A stretch of DNA of 46,201 nt from Candidatus Woesearchaeota archaeon (lineage in GTDB: Archaea; Nanobdellota; Nanobdellia; Woesearchaeales; WJIZ01): assembly GCA_018303125.1 (NCBI GenBank), contig JAGVYS010000005.1, positions 1-46,201 on the forward strand, read 5' to 3'. The notes under the pieces are model-generated. The model was not told the DNA's origin. It worked only from the letters and a program-made list of their open reading frames with translations, and made no database searches. Shown here in pieces: positions 27,558 to 37,670 of this stretch; position 1 is the stretch's first letter, and every line of letters starts with the position of its first letter. The translations under genes and the position numbers were made by a program.

Positions 27558-28088
27558 TTAAAGCTTTGCTTTCACTGCCTTATCTGATATTATTGCGGAA
27601 TTGCCTGTTGGGTCTTCAATTATAATCCTGAGCGTTTCCTGCCCCCACATGACCCTTTGGAGCTTCTTGAGCTGATTCTTCGCCTTCTTCTTTATTTCCT
27701 CATCTTCCTCGCTGTCCCTTGCGGATTCAATCGCGGATTTTATCCTGTTCAGCACTCCTTCTATGTTGCTTATGTAGCCGTTGGAATTTTCACCGCCTTC
27801 AACCGTAACCATATGCGGTATCTTTATTGTTGCCTCAGAGCTTTTCACTACCCTTATCTTCATGTCTTCCTCTGAGTTGATATCAATAGTAAATTTCACA
27901 GGGTCATGCTTTTCTTCTGTTTCTATGTCTGCCTTGTGATATTTGCAGGATGTACATGACATTGAGAAAAGGAAGCATTTTCCGAAGAATGGGACTTCCC
28001 TATTGTCCTGGACAAGAGTAAGCGTTTTCTTATTGCATATAGGGCAATCTTGGTCGGTTACAACCTCTGGAGCTTTTTCATCTGCCAT
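27558..28088 (-). CDS. ZPR1-family zinc-finger protein
   Basis: CPIC...VPFFG...CTSCKY, RVVKS, ISNIEGVL and IIEDPTGNSAI. Confidence 0.92.
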   Translation of the reverse strand: MADEKAPEVVTDQDCPICNKKTLTLVQDNREVPFFGKCFLFSMSCTSCKYHKADIETEEKHDPVKFTIDINSEEDMKIRVVKSSEATIKIPHMVTVEGGENSNGYISNIEGVLNRIKSAIESARDSEEDEEIKKKAKNQLKKLQRVMWGQETLRIIIEDPTGNSAIISDKAVKAKL

Positions 28089-28126
28089 AGAAAAAAAATC
28101 AGAAACAGTGATTTAAATAATTTGCC

Positions 28127-28558
28127 TTATTCCTCAAACTCGGTCACTTCAGGAACCTGTTTCTCGCCTTGCTCCTGCTTTGTCCTGTGTATCCTTGCAA
28201 AGGATGGAACGGCTGCTATCCAATCATCACCAAAACCTGCAAGATCGCCATCAATTGCATCACATGTCTTCTTGAGTTTGTTAATGGCCCTTTTCAGCTC
28301 AACCATGTCCTTTTCCTTCAGTGCCTTTATGTTTATTAGCGCGATTGTGTGACCTTCCCTCAATGAATCCAGTATTTCCTTGATGCTTTCGAAATCCTCA
28401 AGAACAAATGGCCTTACCATAACTTTAGATGTGATATCAGAACCTTTTTCGCCTGCATCAAGCTCAACATAATCCTCACGCTTTGAACCTTCCAATATCT
28501 CAGAACTTATGTCCTCTCCGACAAATTTTTCCTTCAGTTTTGAAAAAAATCCAGCCAT
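28127..28558 (-). CDS. sepF: Cell-division protein SepF
   Basis: ILDSLREGHTIALINI..L...ELKRAINKLKKTCDAIDGDLAG..WIAAVP. Located upstream of ZPR1, as commonly seen in archaea. Confidence 0.88.
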   Translation of the reverse strand: MAGFFSKLKEKFVGEDISSEILEGSKREDYVELDAGEKGSDITSKVMVRPFVLEDFESIKEILDSLREGHTIALINIKALKEKDMVELKRAINKLKKTCDAIDGDLAGFGDDWIAAVPSFARIHRTKQEQGEKQVPEVTEFEE

Positions 28559-28679
28559 TTTACTCCTCCCGCAAATTCTCTACTCCGGAATTAGAATTTT
28601 GATAGTATTGCATATATATAAAGTTATCGAAATCTGGCCATTTTGACGTGCATATCAGCCAAAATTTGTTAACAGCAAT

Positions 28680-29663
28680 TCATTTCCTTGCCTTAATCCC
28701 AATATTTGCCTGCATAGCGCATGCTGTAATGGCATTCACTATCTTGTCAACCCCGGAGCTCCTGCCACCATTGATAACTGGCTTTGCGAGGCCTACTGGA
28801 AAAGTGCCGAAGAACTCAAAGTTCGTTAGCTGTGTCAATGCATGGATCAGTACATTTCCAACTGTTATTTCAGGGAATATGAATACATTCGCCTCTCCTT
28901 TCAATGGACTTCCGGGGCATTTCCTTTCTGCGGATTCTGGGCTGTATGCCGCATCAAACTGAATCTCTCCATCGATAACTAAGGAAGGGCACGATGCCCT
29001 TACTAGCTCTAGTGCTTCATGGATATCCTTTAGAACAGGATTATCGCCGCTGCCGTGTGTTGAATAAGAAAGAAGGGCGACTTTTGGCACTATTCCCAAG
29101 CTGTTTACGAACCTTGCTGCATTTACAGCTATCTGTGCCAACTCCTTATGGCCTGGCTTTATTACAAAATCAGTGTCAGAGAAAAAAAGCACACGCTCCC
29201 CTACCACAAGGAAGCATACTGCTGTGACAAGCGTTGTATTTTTGTCAGTCCCTATTATCTGCAGGACAGGCCTCATCCATTCTGCCGTTGAGAACTTAAA
29301 TCCGCCGATTGCGCCATCAACAATTCCCCTGCGAAGCTGAAGTGCGGCGTATGCATTTGGGTCATTAAGCATTTCCCTTGCCTTTACTGCAGTCATGCCT
29401 TTATGCTTCCTGATTGAAACTAGCTCTTCAACATCCTTTTCTGTCGGGATGTGTTCCATTATGTCAGCGCCATCAAGAACTATACCGAATTTTCCTGCCT
29501 TTTTGAGTATATTTTTCTTATTGCCAAGAAGCACGGGCACAGACAAGCCAGCTGAAGCTGAAATTGCGGCTGCCTTTATCAACCTGTCATCCTCTCCTTC
29601 AACAAGCAGGATTCTTCTTTTTTTCCTGAGGGCAATCTCCCTCATCAAAGACATGATATTCAT
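28680..29663 (-). CDS. Phosphotransacetylase (PTA_PTB) family protein with degenerate active site
   Basis: EGEDDRLIKAA, RKHKG, RPVLQII, ALLSYSTHGSG, DGEIQFDAA and GEANVFIFP. The canonical DLSRG...D motif is replaced by NGGRS...K. Confidence 0.85.
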   Translation of the reverse strand: MNIMSLMREIALRKKRRILLVEGEDDRLIKAAAISASAGLSVPVLLGNKKNILKKAGKFGIVLDGADIMEHIPTEKDVEELVSIRKHKGMTAVKAREMLNDPNAYAALQLRRGIVDGAIGGFKFSTAEWMRPVLQIIGTDKNTTLVTAVCFLVVGERVLFFSDTDFVIKPGHKELAQIAVNAARFVNSLGIVPKVALLSYSTHGSGDNPVLKDIHEALELVRASCPSLVIDGEIQFDAAYSPESAERKCPGSPLKGEANVFIFPEITVGNVLIHALTQLTNFEFFGTFPVGLAKPVINGGRSSGVDKIVNAITACAMQANIGIKARK

Positions 29664-29699
29664 TCCAGAACATAATCAGATGGAACATTAAAAATATTA

Positions 29700-31163
29700 C
29701 TATTTGACAATTCTTGCTATGCCTTTGTCAGCATCAAGCTCAACCAAGTCGCCGTTTTTTATGATAGATGTTGCATGCTTCGTGCCAATAATGCACGGTA
29801 TTCCCATTTCCCTGCTTATGACAGCTGCATGGCTGGTCACCCCTCCCTCATCTGTGATTATTCCTTTTGCCTTCTTAAGCGCAACAATCATATCCGGCCT
29901 GGTCATGGACGTTACTATTATGTCCCCTGCATCAACACTCACAAGGTCATGCACCTTAAGTATAATCTTTGCGGTGCCTCTTGCCTTCCCGGGTGATGCG
30001 CACATTCCCTTTATCTCATGATGTGGTACATCTTTCTCAAATGCATTTTTGAAAACACCCAAGGCTATGTCAGAATCAAATACAACTGCTTTGTCAAGTT
30101 TTTCTATGCATAGCGAGGCTTTCATTCTCCTGTAAAGGACATCCTTGTCAAATCTGCCTTGCAAAACACTTTCCATCTCAGGAAAAATCGTGTAATCCAT
30201 CTCCCTGTCAGAGAATCCTGACCTTTTTCCTATCTCATGCAAAAACTTCTTTTGGTAGGAGTTGGATATGAGCACGCATTTTTTCCTGTCATCCTGCATT
30301 TTTGCAAAAACCTCAACAGCATTTATCAGTGAGACAGCCTTTTCACCGAGCTTCAAAGATTTAATCAGCTTCTTTTTTTCAGATTTTATATGCTCGGATC
30401 TTTCCTTCTCCTTTTTTATTTCATCATCAGGATTTATGCCTAAATTTATTTCATCAGTTATCTTTTGCCTGAAATAAGCTGCATCAAGATTCTTGACTTT
30501 GGCATAGTTGTTTTCTACCCAGTGGAATTTTCTTGCATGCTCTTCAATCATTTTATCGGTGTTCTTTCCTTTCTTCATGTCTTTCATTATGGCAAGCCTG
30601 CCAAGATAATCAAAGCTTATGAAAGACTGTTCAACAGGGCTAATCAGCATATTGTAATCATCACTGCTTATTTTTGCATTTTCTTCTAACATCGGCTTTA
30701 GAAACGTGTTGGCTTGCATTGAAAAAGACTCGAGCAATCCCATCGCGAGAGCATATTCTGCCACATAAGCATCGTAAAATTCAGTGTAAAGTGAAAGAAG
30801 CTGTGAATCAGAAAGCGAGCTGAAGTCGGAGCCATCCATCTTCATGCAGGAGGCTAAGAAAAGCTTCTCTCTTTTTCTCCAGTCTGACTCAAGCTTTAGA
30901 AGGAATGAGCTATCATGGATAATCTTGTCTACAACTTTCTCTCTAAGCCGAGTCATGTCCTGCTCATTGTAATACCAATGCAAGTAATCATCAATGACAA
31001 AAAACACGAATAGCCTGAATGAATCGCCGAAGTAATCATTCAGAGGCTTTAGGAGATTTATGGTTGCAGGATACATAGTGTGAAGGACTGTGTGCAGGCC
31101 CTTCTTAACCCATGTGTGCTTGTTAAGCGAATATTTCTCTATCACTGCAGAATATTTTTCCAT
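29700..31163 (-). CDS. PEP-utilising enzyme mobile (phospho-His swivel) domain protein lacking an ATP-grasp domain
   Basis: C-terminal KGMCASPG, IVTSMTRPD, ITDEGGVTSHAAVISREMGIPC and VELDADKG. Start moved to 31163 (MEKYS) to avoid overlap with the divergent regulator. Confidence 0.85.
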   Translation of the reverse strand: MEKYSAVIEKYSLNKHTWVKKGLHTVLHTMYPATINLLKPLNDYFGDSFRLFVFFVIDDYLHWYYNEQDMTRLREKVVDKIIHDSSFLLKLESDWRKREKLFLASCMKMDGSDFSSLSDSQLLSLYTEFYDAYVAEYALAMGLLESFSMQANTFLKPMLEENAKISSDDYNMLISPVEQSFISFDYLGRLAIMKDMKKGKNTDKMIEEHARKFHWVENNYAKVKNLDAAYFRQKITDEINLGINPDDEIKKEKERSEHIKSEKKKLIKSLKLGEKAVSLINAVEVFAKMQDDRKKCVLISNSYQKKFLHEIGKRSGFSDREMDYTIFPEMESVLQGRFDKDVLYRRMKASLCIEKLDKAVVFDSDIALGVFKNAFEKDVPHHEIKGMCASPGKARGTAKIILKVHDLVSVDAGDIIVTSMTRPDMIVALKKAKGIITDEGGVTSHAAVISREMGIPCIIGTKHATSIIKNGDLVELDADKGIARIVK

Positions 31164-31210
31164 TATGGCATTATACGCGAGCTTATTTTTAAATATTCTC
31201 AGCAAAAGTT

Positions 31211-31236
31211 TTATAAGTTGATTATAATTATTATAA
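31211..31236. promoter_or_regulatory. Candidate ThiR operator / divergent promoter: TTATAA-N5-TTATAA(-N3-TTATAA)
   Basis: Three TTATAA palindromic half-sites at 31211, 31222 and 31231, directly upstream of the ThiR-type gene. The region is AT-rich, so partly TATA-like. Confidence 0.45.
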
Positions 31237-31245
31237 TTTAGTAAT

Positions 31246-32022
31246 ATGCTAAACAAAGCTATAGTTGTTAAGGAGGAAAATATCACTGCGTTAAAGTCAG
31301 CTCTAGTAAGGCAGCTCAATAAGAAAGGCATGACGCAGGAGAAGATTTCATCTGCTCTTGGCATTTCACAGCCAATGGTCAGCAAATACCTGTCGCAGAA
31401 AAATATTTATTCTAATCTTAGTGATTTGGCCGAAAGGATATGCAAGATGGGCTCCATACATTGCTCATATGTTTTTACACCTGCTGAGATTGTAGAAGGG
31501 AAAGATTACTTCATATCCCCTCGGGATTCAATGATTACAGAAGAGAAGTCAGATGTGCTAAACAGCATACATAAGGCAATAAAGCTTATGGAAGGCCATG
31601 ACCTTTCAGCTATTTCCCCTAAAGTAAAGATGAATATCGCCTCTGCTACAAATGGGGCTGTCGGGAAGAACGACATAGCTTCAATACCATCTGGGCTGGT
31701 CATAGCAGACAACAGGCTGAGGACATATCTACAAGCCGAGTTTGGGGCAAGCCATCATCTCTCAGGCATACTGTTGTATGCGATGAAGATTAATAACAAT
31801 ATAAGGTCAGTTGTCAACATAAAGTACAATAATCAAATATTAAAAATCGCAAAGGAGAAAAAAATTTCCTGCCTTTTTCTTAACAATGACTATGGGATGA
31901 TAGGAAAGGAAAGAAAATTTGACATCCTTATACATAAGGGCTCATTCGGCCTTGAGCCTGCTTCATATGTTTTTGGCAGTACGCCAGAGGAGGCTGTGAA
32001 AAAATGCATGATGCTGGCATGA
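31246..32022 (+). CDS. thiR: ThiR-type regulator (HTH + ThiN thiamine-phosphate-synthase-like domain)
   Basis: HTH GMTQEKISSALGISQPMVSKYL. ThiN-like PKVKMNIA, EFGASHHLS, VVNIKYN and HKGSFGLEP..YVFG. Heads the thi operon. Confidence 0.8.
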   Translation: MLNKAIVVKEENITALKSALVRQLNKKGMTQEKISSALGISQPMVSKYLSQKNIYSNLSDLAERICKMGSIHCSYVFTPAEIVEGKDYFISPRDSMITEEKSDVLNSIHKAIKLMEGHDLSAISPKVKMNIASATNGAVGKNDIASIPSGLVIADNRLRTYLQAEFGASHHLSGILLYAMKINNNIRSVVNIKYNNQILKIAKEKKISCLFLNNDYGMIGKERKFDILIHKGSFGLEPASYVFGSTPEEAVKKCMMLA

Positions 32023-32966
32023 GATATTCAAGGCAGGAATTGGTTATAGGAAAGGATGCCCAGAAAAAAATAGAGTCATCATCAGCAGTAGTGATAGGCC
32101 TCGGGGCACTCGGAACAGTAACATCAGAATTGCTTGTAATGGCAGGAATAGGCACATTGAAAATAATAGACAGAGACAGGGTAGAGGAATCAAACCTGCA
32201 AAGACAGTCGATTTATTCAGAGCAAGACATAGGTCAGCCGAAGGCTGAGGTTGCAATGAAAAAGCTAAAAGGCATAAATTCGAAAATTGTTATTGCTTCC
32301 GGGATAGCTGACCTGGACCATGGCAATATTCATGAGATGCTTGAAGGGAATGATATCATTCTGGACTGCACTGACAACCTGTACGCAAGGTTTCTCATAA
32401 ACGACTATTCCAGAAAAAGCTCAATTCCCTGGGTTTATGCAGGTGCGATAAGGGAAAACGGGAATGTCATGGCTATAACGAAAGATACTCCATGCTTCAG
32501 GTGCATAGTCGAGGAGGTAGAGGATTTTGAGACATGCGACACTGTCGGTGTGACAGCTGCTGTTTGCCATGTTATAGCATCAATTCAGTCAGACATTGCA
32601 TTAAGAGTGATTACGGGCACGTTCAAAAAACAGGAGCTCATAAGCCTGGGGATGAACAGCTTAAGGCTTACAAAATCATTGACATCACGAAGCAAAAAAT
32701 GCCCTGCATGCAATGGCAGCTATGAATATCTCTCAGGTGAAAAGGAAAAAAACTCCACTAAATATTGTTCAGGGATATTTGTATTCAGGATGGTCAATTT
32801 AAACATTGAAAGCATATCCAAGAGGCTTATTAAATTGGGTGGGCATTCATCAGATAAATGCATATTTTTCGATAACGTTACAATTTTCCCTGACGGGAAA
32901 GTTATGGTCAAGGCAGAGAGCATTGAAGATGCAAAATCAGAAATATCAAGGTATATTGGAATGTGA
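32019..32966 (+). CDS. thiF: ThiF/MoeB-family adenylyltransferase
   Basis: RYSRQ, IGLGALG, DRDRVEESNLQRQ, DCTDN, PCFRC, TCDTVGV and CPAC. Start 32019 overlaps the thiR stop. Confidence 0.88.
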   Translation: MRYSRQELVIGKDAQKKIESSSAVVIGLGALGTVTSELLVMAGIGTLKIIDRDRVEESNLQRQSIYSEQDIGQPKAEVAMKKLKGINSKIVIASGIADLDHGNIHEMLEGNDIILDCTDNLYARFLINDYSRKSSIPWVYAGAIRENGNVMAITKDTPCFRCIVEEVEDFETCDTVGVTAAVCHVIASIQSDIALRVITGTFKKQELISLGMNSLRLTKSLTSRSKKCPACNGSYEYLSGEKEKNSTKYCSGIFVFRMVNLNIESISKRLIKLGGHSSDKCIFFDNVTIFPDGKVMVKAESIEDAKSEISRYIGM

Positions 32967-34002
32967 TGTCGCTGTCATAGGCGGCGGATGCATAGGCCTT
33001 TCAATAGCTGCAGCCATTTCAAAAAAAGGCATGAAAGTTGTAATTGTTGAAAAAGGCAAAGTGGGCAATGAGGCAAGCTGGGCTTCTGGCGGGATGCTTA
33101 AGCCTCTAACAGAGAGTACAGGAGACGAGAAATTCCTGAAGCTGTGCATGGATTCTTTAGCGTTATATCCTAGATTCATAAAAAGCCTTGAAGAGGAAAC
33201 ATCAATGGACGTTGAGATGGACACATCAGGTGGCATTGTTGTTGCAATGAGTGATAAGGAAATGGAAAACATTGAGAAGAAGCATGCCTTTGCAGCAGCT
33301 CATGGCGTAGATACAAAAGTTCTTTCAAAGCATGCCCTTGCTAAGCTTGAGCCGGGAATTGTAAAGAAAGCCTTTGGCGGCCTACTAGTGCCTACGGATT
33401 TCCAGCTAAACAACAGGAAGCTTTGCAAAGCCCTTGAAAAATCATGCATCATGAATGGTGTCCTCATTCTTGAAGAGGAAGAAGCAAAAGAAATCATAGA
33501 AGAAAATAGCAATGTCATAGGCATGTTGACAAAAAAAAGGCGCATAAAATCATCGATTGTTGTAAACTGTGCAGGGGCATGGTCATCTAAAATAAATCCT
33601 GAGATAAAAGTGAAGCCTATAAGGGGCCAGATGATAAGGCTTGATGCATCATCTATTGATATTCCGGGCCATATAATTACAAGGCATCCGTTCTATATTA
33701 TACCCAGAAAAGACAGAAGCATAATAGTTGGCTCAACAGTAGAGGACGTTGGATTTTGCAAGGATGTAACTGAAGATGGAACGAAATCGCTGAGAAATGA
33801 AGCATGTTCATTAGTCCCGTCCCTTGAGTCTTGCAGTGTGATAGAGACATGGGCAGGGCTCAGGCCAATGGCTGACTTCCCTTACATTGGCAAGCTGAAA
33901 AGAAGTATGTATGCTGCAACAGGCCATTACAGGAATGGCATACTCCTTACACCAATAACAGCAAAAATGATTTCAGAAGAGATTGAAGGTGAGCTGAAAT
34001 GA
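32929..34002 (+). CDS. thiO: Glycine oxidase
   Basis: VIGGGCIG FAD motif, ASWASGGML, PIRGQM, WAGLRP and GHYRNGILLTP. Start uncertain (32929 ATG or 32956 TTG). Confidence 0.9.
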   Translation: MQNQKYQGILECDVAVIGGGCIGLSIAAAISKKGMKVVIVEKGKVGNEASWASGGMLKPLTESTGDEKFLKLCMDSLALYPRFIKSLEEETSMDVEMDTSGGIVVAMSDKEMENIEKKHAFAAAHGVDTKVLSKHALAKLEPGIVKKAFGGLLVPTDFQLNNRKLCKALEKSCIMNGVLILEEEEAKEIIEENSNVIGMLTKKRRIKSSIVVNCAGAWSSKINPEIKVKPIRGQMIRLDASSIDIPGHIITRHPFYIIPRKDRSIIVGSTVEDVGFCKDVTEDGTKSLRNEACSLVPSLESCSVIETWAGLRPMADFPYIGKLKRSMYAATGHYRNGILLTPITAKMISEEIEGELK

Positions 34003-34196
34003 TTCTAAAGGTGAATGGCTCAGAAGTAAATCTTGGTGTGAGGAATATTCCGGGATTGCTCAAGCATTATGGGATTAAGAAAGGCTCTGTGGTGATTGAG
34101 ATTAATGGAATCATAATTAAGAAGGAAGAGTATGCATCATTTGCTCTAAAGGAAAATGATTCCATTGAAATCATAACAATAGCAGGAGGGGGTTGA
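33999..34196 (+). CDS. thiS: Sulfur carrier protein ThiS
   Basis: 65-aa beta-grasp protein: [21 protein letters not shown]-terminal AGGG. Confidence 0.92.
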   Translation: MILKVNGSEVNLGVRNIPGLLKHYGIKKGSVVIEINGIIIKKEEYASFALKENDSIEIITIAGGG

Positions 34197-34197
34197 A

Positions 34198-34962
34198 ATG
34201 GTGTTGAAAATAGGGAAGTATACTTTGAAATCAAGGATGATAGTAGGTACAGGTAAGTACGAGACTTTCGATATAATGCAAAAGGCATTGGAAGCCTCAG
34301 GAAGTGACTGCATAACAGTCGCAATAAGGCGCGTTAACTTAAGCGAGCCTGATAAGAACATGCTGAATTTTATTGACAGGAATATGTACATCTTGCTGCC
34401 TAACACAGCAGGTTGCTTTACTGCAGAGGAGGCAATTAGGACAGCAAGGCTGGCAAGGGAGGCATGTTCAACAGACATGATAAAAGTAGAAGTGATAGGC
34501 GACAAGAAAACGCTGCTTCCTGACGTGGAAGAGACACTAAGGGCAACTAAGGTTCTTGTTGACGAAGGTTTTACCGTGCTTCCATATACAAATGATGATG
34601 TTGTCATGGCAGCAAAGCTGGAAAAGGCTGGTGCAGCTGCAGTAATGCCGCTCGGCTCCCAGATCGGCTCAGGGCAGGGGATAATAAACAGTACAAACAT
34701 ATCACTTATTCTTGAGCAGGCTAATGTGCCTATTATAGTTGATGCAGGTGTTGGTACTGCATCTGATGTCTCTGTTGCCTTTGAGCTTGGCGCTGACGGT
34801 GTGCTGCTTAACTCAGCAATAGCACTTGCCAAAGACCCTGTCAAAATGGCAAATGCCATGAGGCTTGCTGCAGAATCAGGCAGGCTTGCCTTTGAAGCAG
34901 GAAGGATACCGAAGAAATTGTATGCAACAGCATCCTCCCCAACTGAGGGCATTTCAAAATGA
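34198..34962 (+). CDS. thiG: Thiazole synthase
   Basis: [49 protein letters not shown] and ASSPTEG. Confidence 0.97.
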   Translation: MVLKIGKYTLKSRMIVGTGKYETFDIMQKALEASGSDCITVAIRRVNLSEPDKNMLNFIDRNMYILLPNTAGCFTAEEAIRTARLAREACSTDMIKVEVIGDKKTLLPDVEETLRATKVLVDEGFTVLPYTNDDVVMAAKLEKAGAAAVMPLGSQIGSGQGIINSTNISLILEQANVPIIVDAGVGTASDVSVAFELGADGVLLNSAIALAKDPVKMANAMRLAAESGRLAFEAGRIPKKLYATASSPTEGISK

Positions 34963-35573
34963 TTGACTATTCTCTCTACATTGTCACAGAATCCGGATTG
35001 TCAAACAACAGGCCAAATGAGAAAATAGTAAGAGAGGCAATAAGAGGAGGAGCTGGAATAGTGCAGCTCAGGGAGAAGAAATGGCCAAAGGAAAAATATT
35101 TTGCAGAAGCCATGAAGATATCAGGAATATGCAGGGAGAATAATGTGAGATTTGTTGTTAATGACTACCCTGATATAGCTATGAAGGTAAAGGCAGATGC
35201 ACTCCATCTTGGCCAGGATGACATGAGCCTGAAAGAGGCAAGGAAAATTGTCGGAAAAATGAAGATAGGCAAATCAACGCATTCATTGCAGCAGGCAGAA
35301 GCTGCTATAAAGGAAGGCGCAGACTACATAAGTATAGGGCCTGTATTTCCAACGAGAGAGAAGCCAAATCCGGTGGGGACAGAAACTGTTGGCAAAGTTG
35401 CAAGGCTTAATTTTCCATTTGTGGCTATAGGTGGCATAAAACTGCACAATCTTGATTCATTGCTTGATGCCGGGGCAAAGACAATAGCCGTCATATCAGG
35501 GATAGTGAGTTCTGAAAATATTTATGAAACAACAAAAAAATACGTTGAAATGATAAGAGGTAGAGAAAAATGA
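34959..35573 (+). CDS. thiE: Thiamine-phosphate synthase
   Basis: VQLREK, VVNDYPD, HLGQDD, GKSTHS, GPVFPT and VAIGGI. Confidence 0.95.
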   Translation: MIDYSLYIVTESGLSNNRPNEKIVREAIRGGAGIVQLREKKWPKEKYFAEAMKISGICRENNVRFVVNDYPDIAMKVKADALHLGQDDMSLKEARKIVGKMKIGKSTHSLQQAEAAIKEGADYISIGPVFPTREKPNPVGTETVGKVARLNFPFVAIGGIKLHNLDSLLDAGAKTIAVISGIVSSENIYETTKKYVEMIRGREK

Positions 35574-37054
35574 TGCAGGAAGGATTGATTTTGATTATTG
35601 TAACAGCATTAATATCAGCTGCCATAGGCCTATGGTATTCTAGAAGGAGAAAAATAACTGTGGAAGGATTCATTACTGCAAGGAGTTCTCTGCCGCTTGG
35701 AATTTCTATACTCAACTTAGTTGCCACAGGAATGGGCGCATGGATACTCTTTTCACCTGCAGAAACAGGGGTGGTTGCAGGAGTAACAGCTCTTATAGGG
35801 TACAGCCTTGGAAGCTCAGGAGCGCTCTTCGCTTTTATTTTTGTCGGCTCACGATTGAGAAAGATTATGCCAAATGGCCACACATTGACAGAATTCATAC
35901 TGGCGCGATTTGGAAATCCCATGTACCTCATTATCCTAGGGGTTATGTTCTTCTACATGGCGCTTTTCCTTACAGCAGAGCTTACTGCTATAGCCCTTGC
36001 ATCGCAGATGGTCTTCGGCATACCGCTATGGATTACTTCATTGATAGTAACAATAGCCACAGTCGCCTACACTGCCCATGGAGGCTTCAGGGCGACTGTT
36101 TTCACTGACATGCTGCAAGGCATATTAATTCTTCCATTGCTTGCCTCTGCCTTCATAGGCAGCCATATTTTCCTGGGTAGTGCTTCAACAATCATAAACA
36201 GCTTGCCATCCTCATTGCTCAACTTGACATCTCGAGCAGGAATAGAGTATGGCATAACTCTCATACTTGCCATAGTAGGTGCCGAACTTTTCAACCAGGC
36301 AAACTGGCAAAGGGTTTACGCGCCAAAAAATGTTTCTATAATGAGAAAGGCATTCTTCATTGCAGGCCTTATAATAATCCCGGTAATACTCATGGCAGGC
36401 ACTTTCGGGCTTTTTGCTGTCGCTACCGGAGTAGCAGAAGTGCCATCTGTTGCCCTCTTCACATTCCTGCTGGAGATAACTCCTAGATGGATAATAACTA
36501 TAGTAATGGTCCTTGCAGTCATTCTTGTGATGAGCACTATCTCTGCATTGCTAAACGGAATGGTAAGCCTTTTCACTGTTGACCTTGTAAGGATAAGGCC
36601 TAATATGACGCAGAGAAAGCTGCTGTCAATAGGGAAAGTTCTAACTATAATAATAGCGCTTCTCGCATTCCTTATTGCAAAGCAGGGCTACAGCGTGCTT
36701 TATCTTTTCCTTATCGCAGACCTTGTTTGCGTGGCTGCTGCGTTCCCTACTGTCTTTGGCATGTTTGCAAAAAGATATTCAGGCATTGCAGCAAGCACCT
36801 CAGCTATAGTTGGAATAATAGCTGGCTCCTATTTCTTCCCAGACAGCACTTTCGCAGGAAATTTCTGGCACTCTGCATTTTTCATTTATCCGCAATTCTC
36901 CTCTGTTTTCCCTGCATGGGGCAATCTTCTGGTTTCATTTGCTGTTGCCCTGCTTGTTCCTGTGGCCTTATCACTTTTATCGATGGCATTCACGAAAAGC
37001 TTTGACTTCAGGAAAATAGGAAGAAAAGGGGTGAAGCTGAGTGCCAAGGATTAG
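35570..37054 (+). CDS. Sodium:solute symporter family transporter (probable thiamine-precursor uptake)
   Basis: About 13 TM helices. GAWILFSPAE, TLTEFILARFG, YTAHGGFRATVFTDMLQ and QANWQRVYA motifs. Lies in the thi operon. Confidence 0.85.
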   Translation: MMQEGLILIIVTALISAAIGLWYSRRRKITVEGFITARSSLPLGISILNLVATGMGAWILFSPAETGVVAGVTALIGYSLGSSGALFAFIFVGSRLRKIMPNGHTLTEFILARFGNPMYLIILGVMFFYMALFLTAELTAIALASQMVFGIPLWITSLIVTIATVAYTAHGGFRATVFTDMLQGILILPLLASAFIGSHIFLGSASTIINSLPSSLLNLTSRAGIEYGITLILAIVGAELFNQANWQRVYAPKNVSIMRKAFFIAGLIIIPVILMAGTFGLFAVATGVAEVPSVALFTFLLEITPRWIITIVMVLAVILVMSTISALLNGMVSLFTVDLVRIRPNMTQRKLLSIGKVLTIIIALLAFLIAKQGYSVLYLFLIADLVCVAAAFPTVFGMFAKRYSGIAASTSAIVGIIAGSYFFPDSTFAGNFWHSAFFIYPQFSSVFPAWGNLLVSFAVALLVPVALSLLSMAFTKSFDFRKIGRKGVKLSAKD

Positions 37055-37670
37055 CGAAAGGCTTTGGAATGAAAACATAGAATATGCGGAAAAATGCCTA
37101 AGCCATCCGTTCGTGAGGGGCATTGCTGACGGCACACTTAAAGAAAGGCATTTCAAAACATACATCGCACAGGATGTATTTTATCTTCAGGCATTTCTAA
37201 GGAGCTATGCATTTGCTATGTCCAAATCAGATGAGATAGGCGTGACAAAAGAGCTCCATGCCTTAATAGGAGGCATTCTGGAGGAAATAAAGCTCCATGA
37301 ATCTTACAGCAGCAAGCTTGGCATAAGCCTTACTGGCATAAAGCCCATCAAGGAGTGCTCTGCATACACTACTTTTCTTTTGGATAAGGCAGCAAATTCT
37401 GGCATAGGCGAGACTATGGCTGCTATGGCGCCTTGCGTAGTCCTCTATCATTTCCTTGGCAGGGAGCTTGAAAAGATAAAAAATCCATCAACACAATACA
37501 ATGAATGGATAATGACATATTCAGGGAATGAAATGGCCAGACTTGCAGAAAAAATTCAGCTTCTTCTCGACAAAAATGCCCCTGACACACAGGAAGTGCA
37601 CGATACATACAAAAATGCTATGAGGCATGAGCTGGATTTTTTCTCCGGGCCGCTCAGGGAAAATGGATAG
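37041..37670 (+). CDS. tenA: TenA thiaminase II / aminopyrimidine aminohydrolase
   Basis: HPFVRGIADGTL, YIAQDVFYL, catalytic APCVVLY, YNEWIMTY and ELDFF. Confidence 0.9.
   Translation: MPRISERLWNENIEYAEKCLSHPFVRGIADGTLKERHFKTYIAQDVFYLQAFLRSYAFAMSKSDEIGVTKELHALIGGILEEIKLHESYSSKLGISLTGIKPIKECSAYTTFLLDKAANSGIGETMAAMAPCVVLYHFLGRELEKIKNPSTQYNEWIMTYSGNEMARLAEKIQLLLDKNAPDTQEVHDTYKNAMRHELDFFSGPLRENG

Noticed and set aside
33999-34196. ThiS ending in GGG rather than GG
   Set aside because: It still presents a C-terminal Gly-Gly for ThiF activation, so no processing protease is needed.
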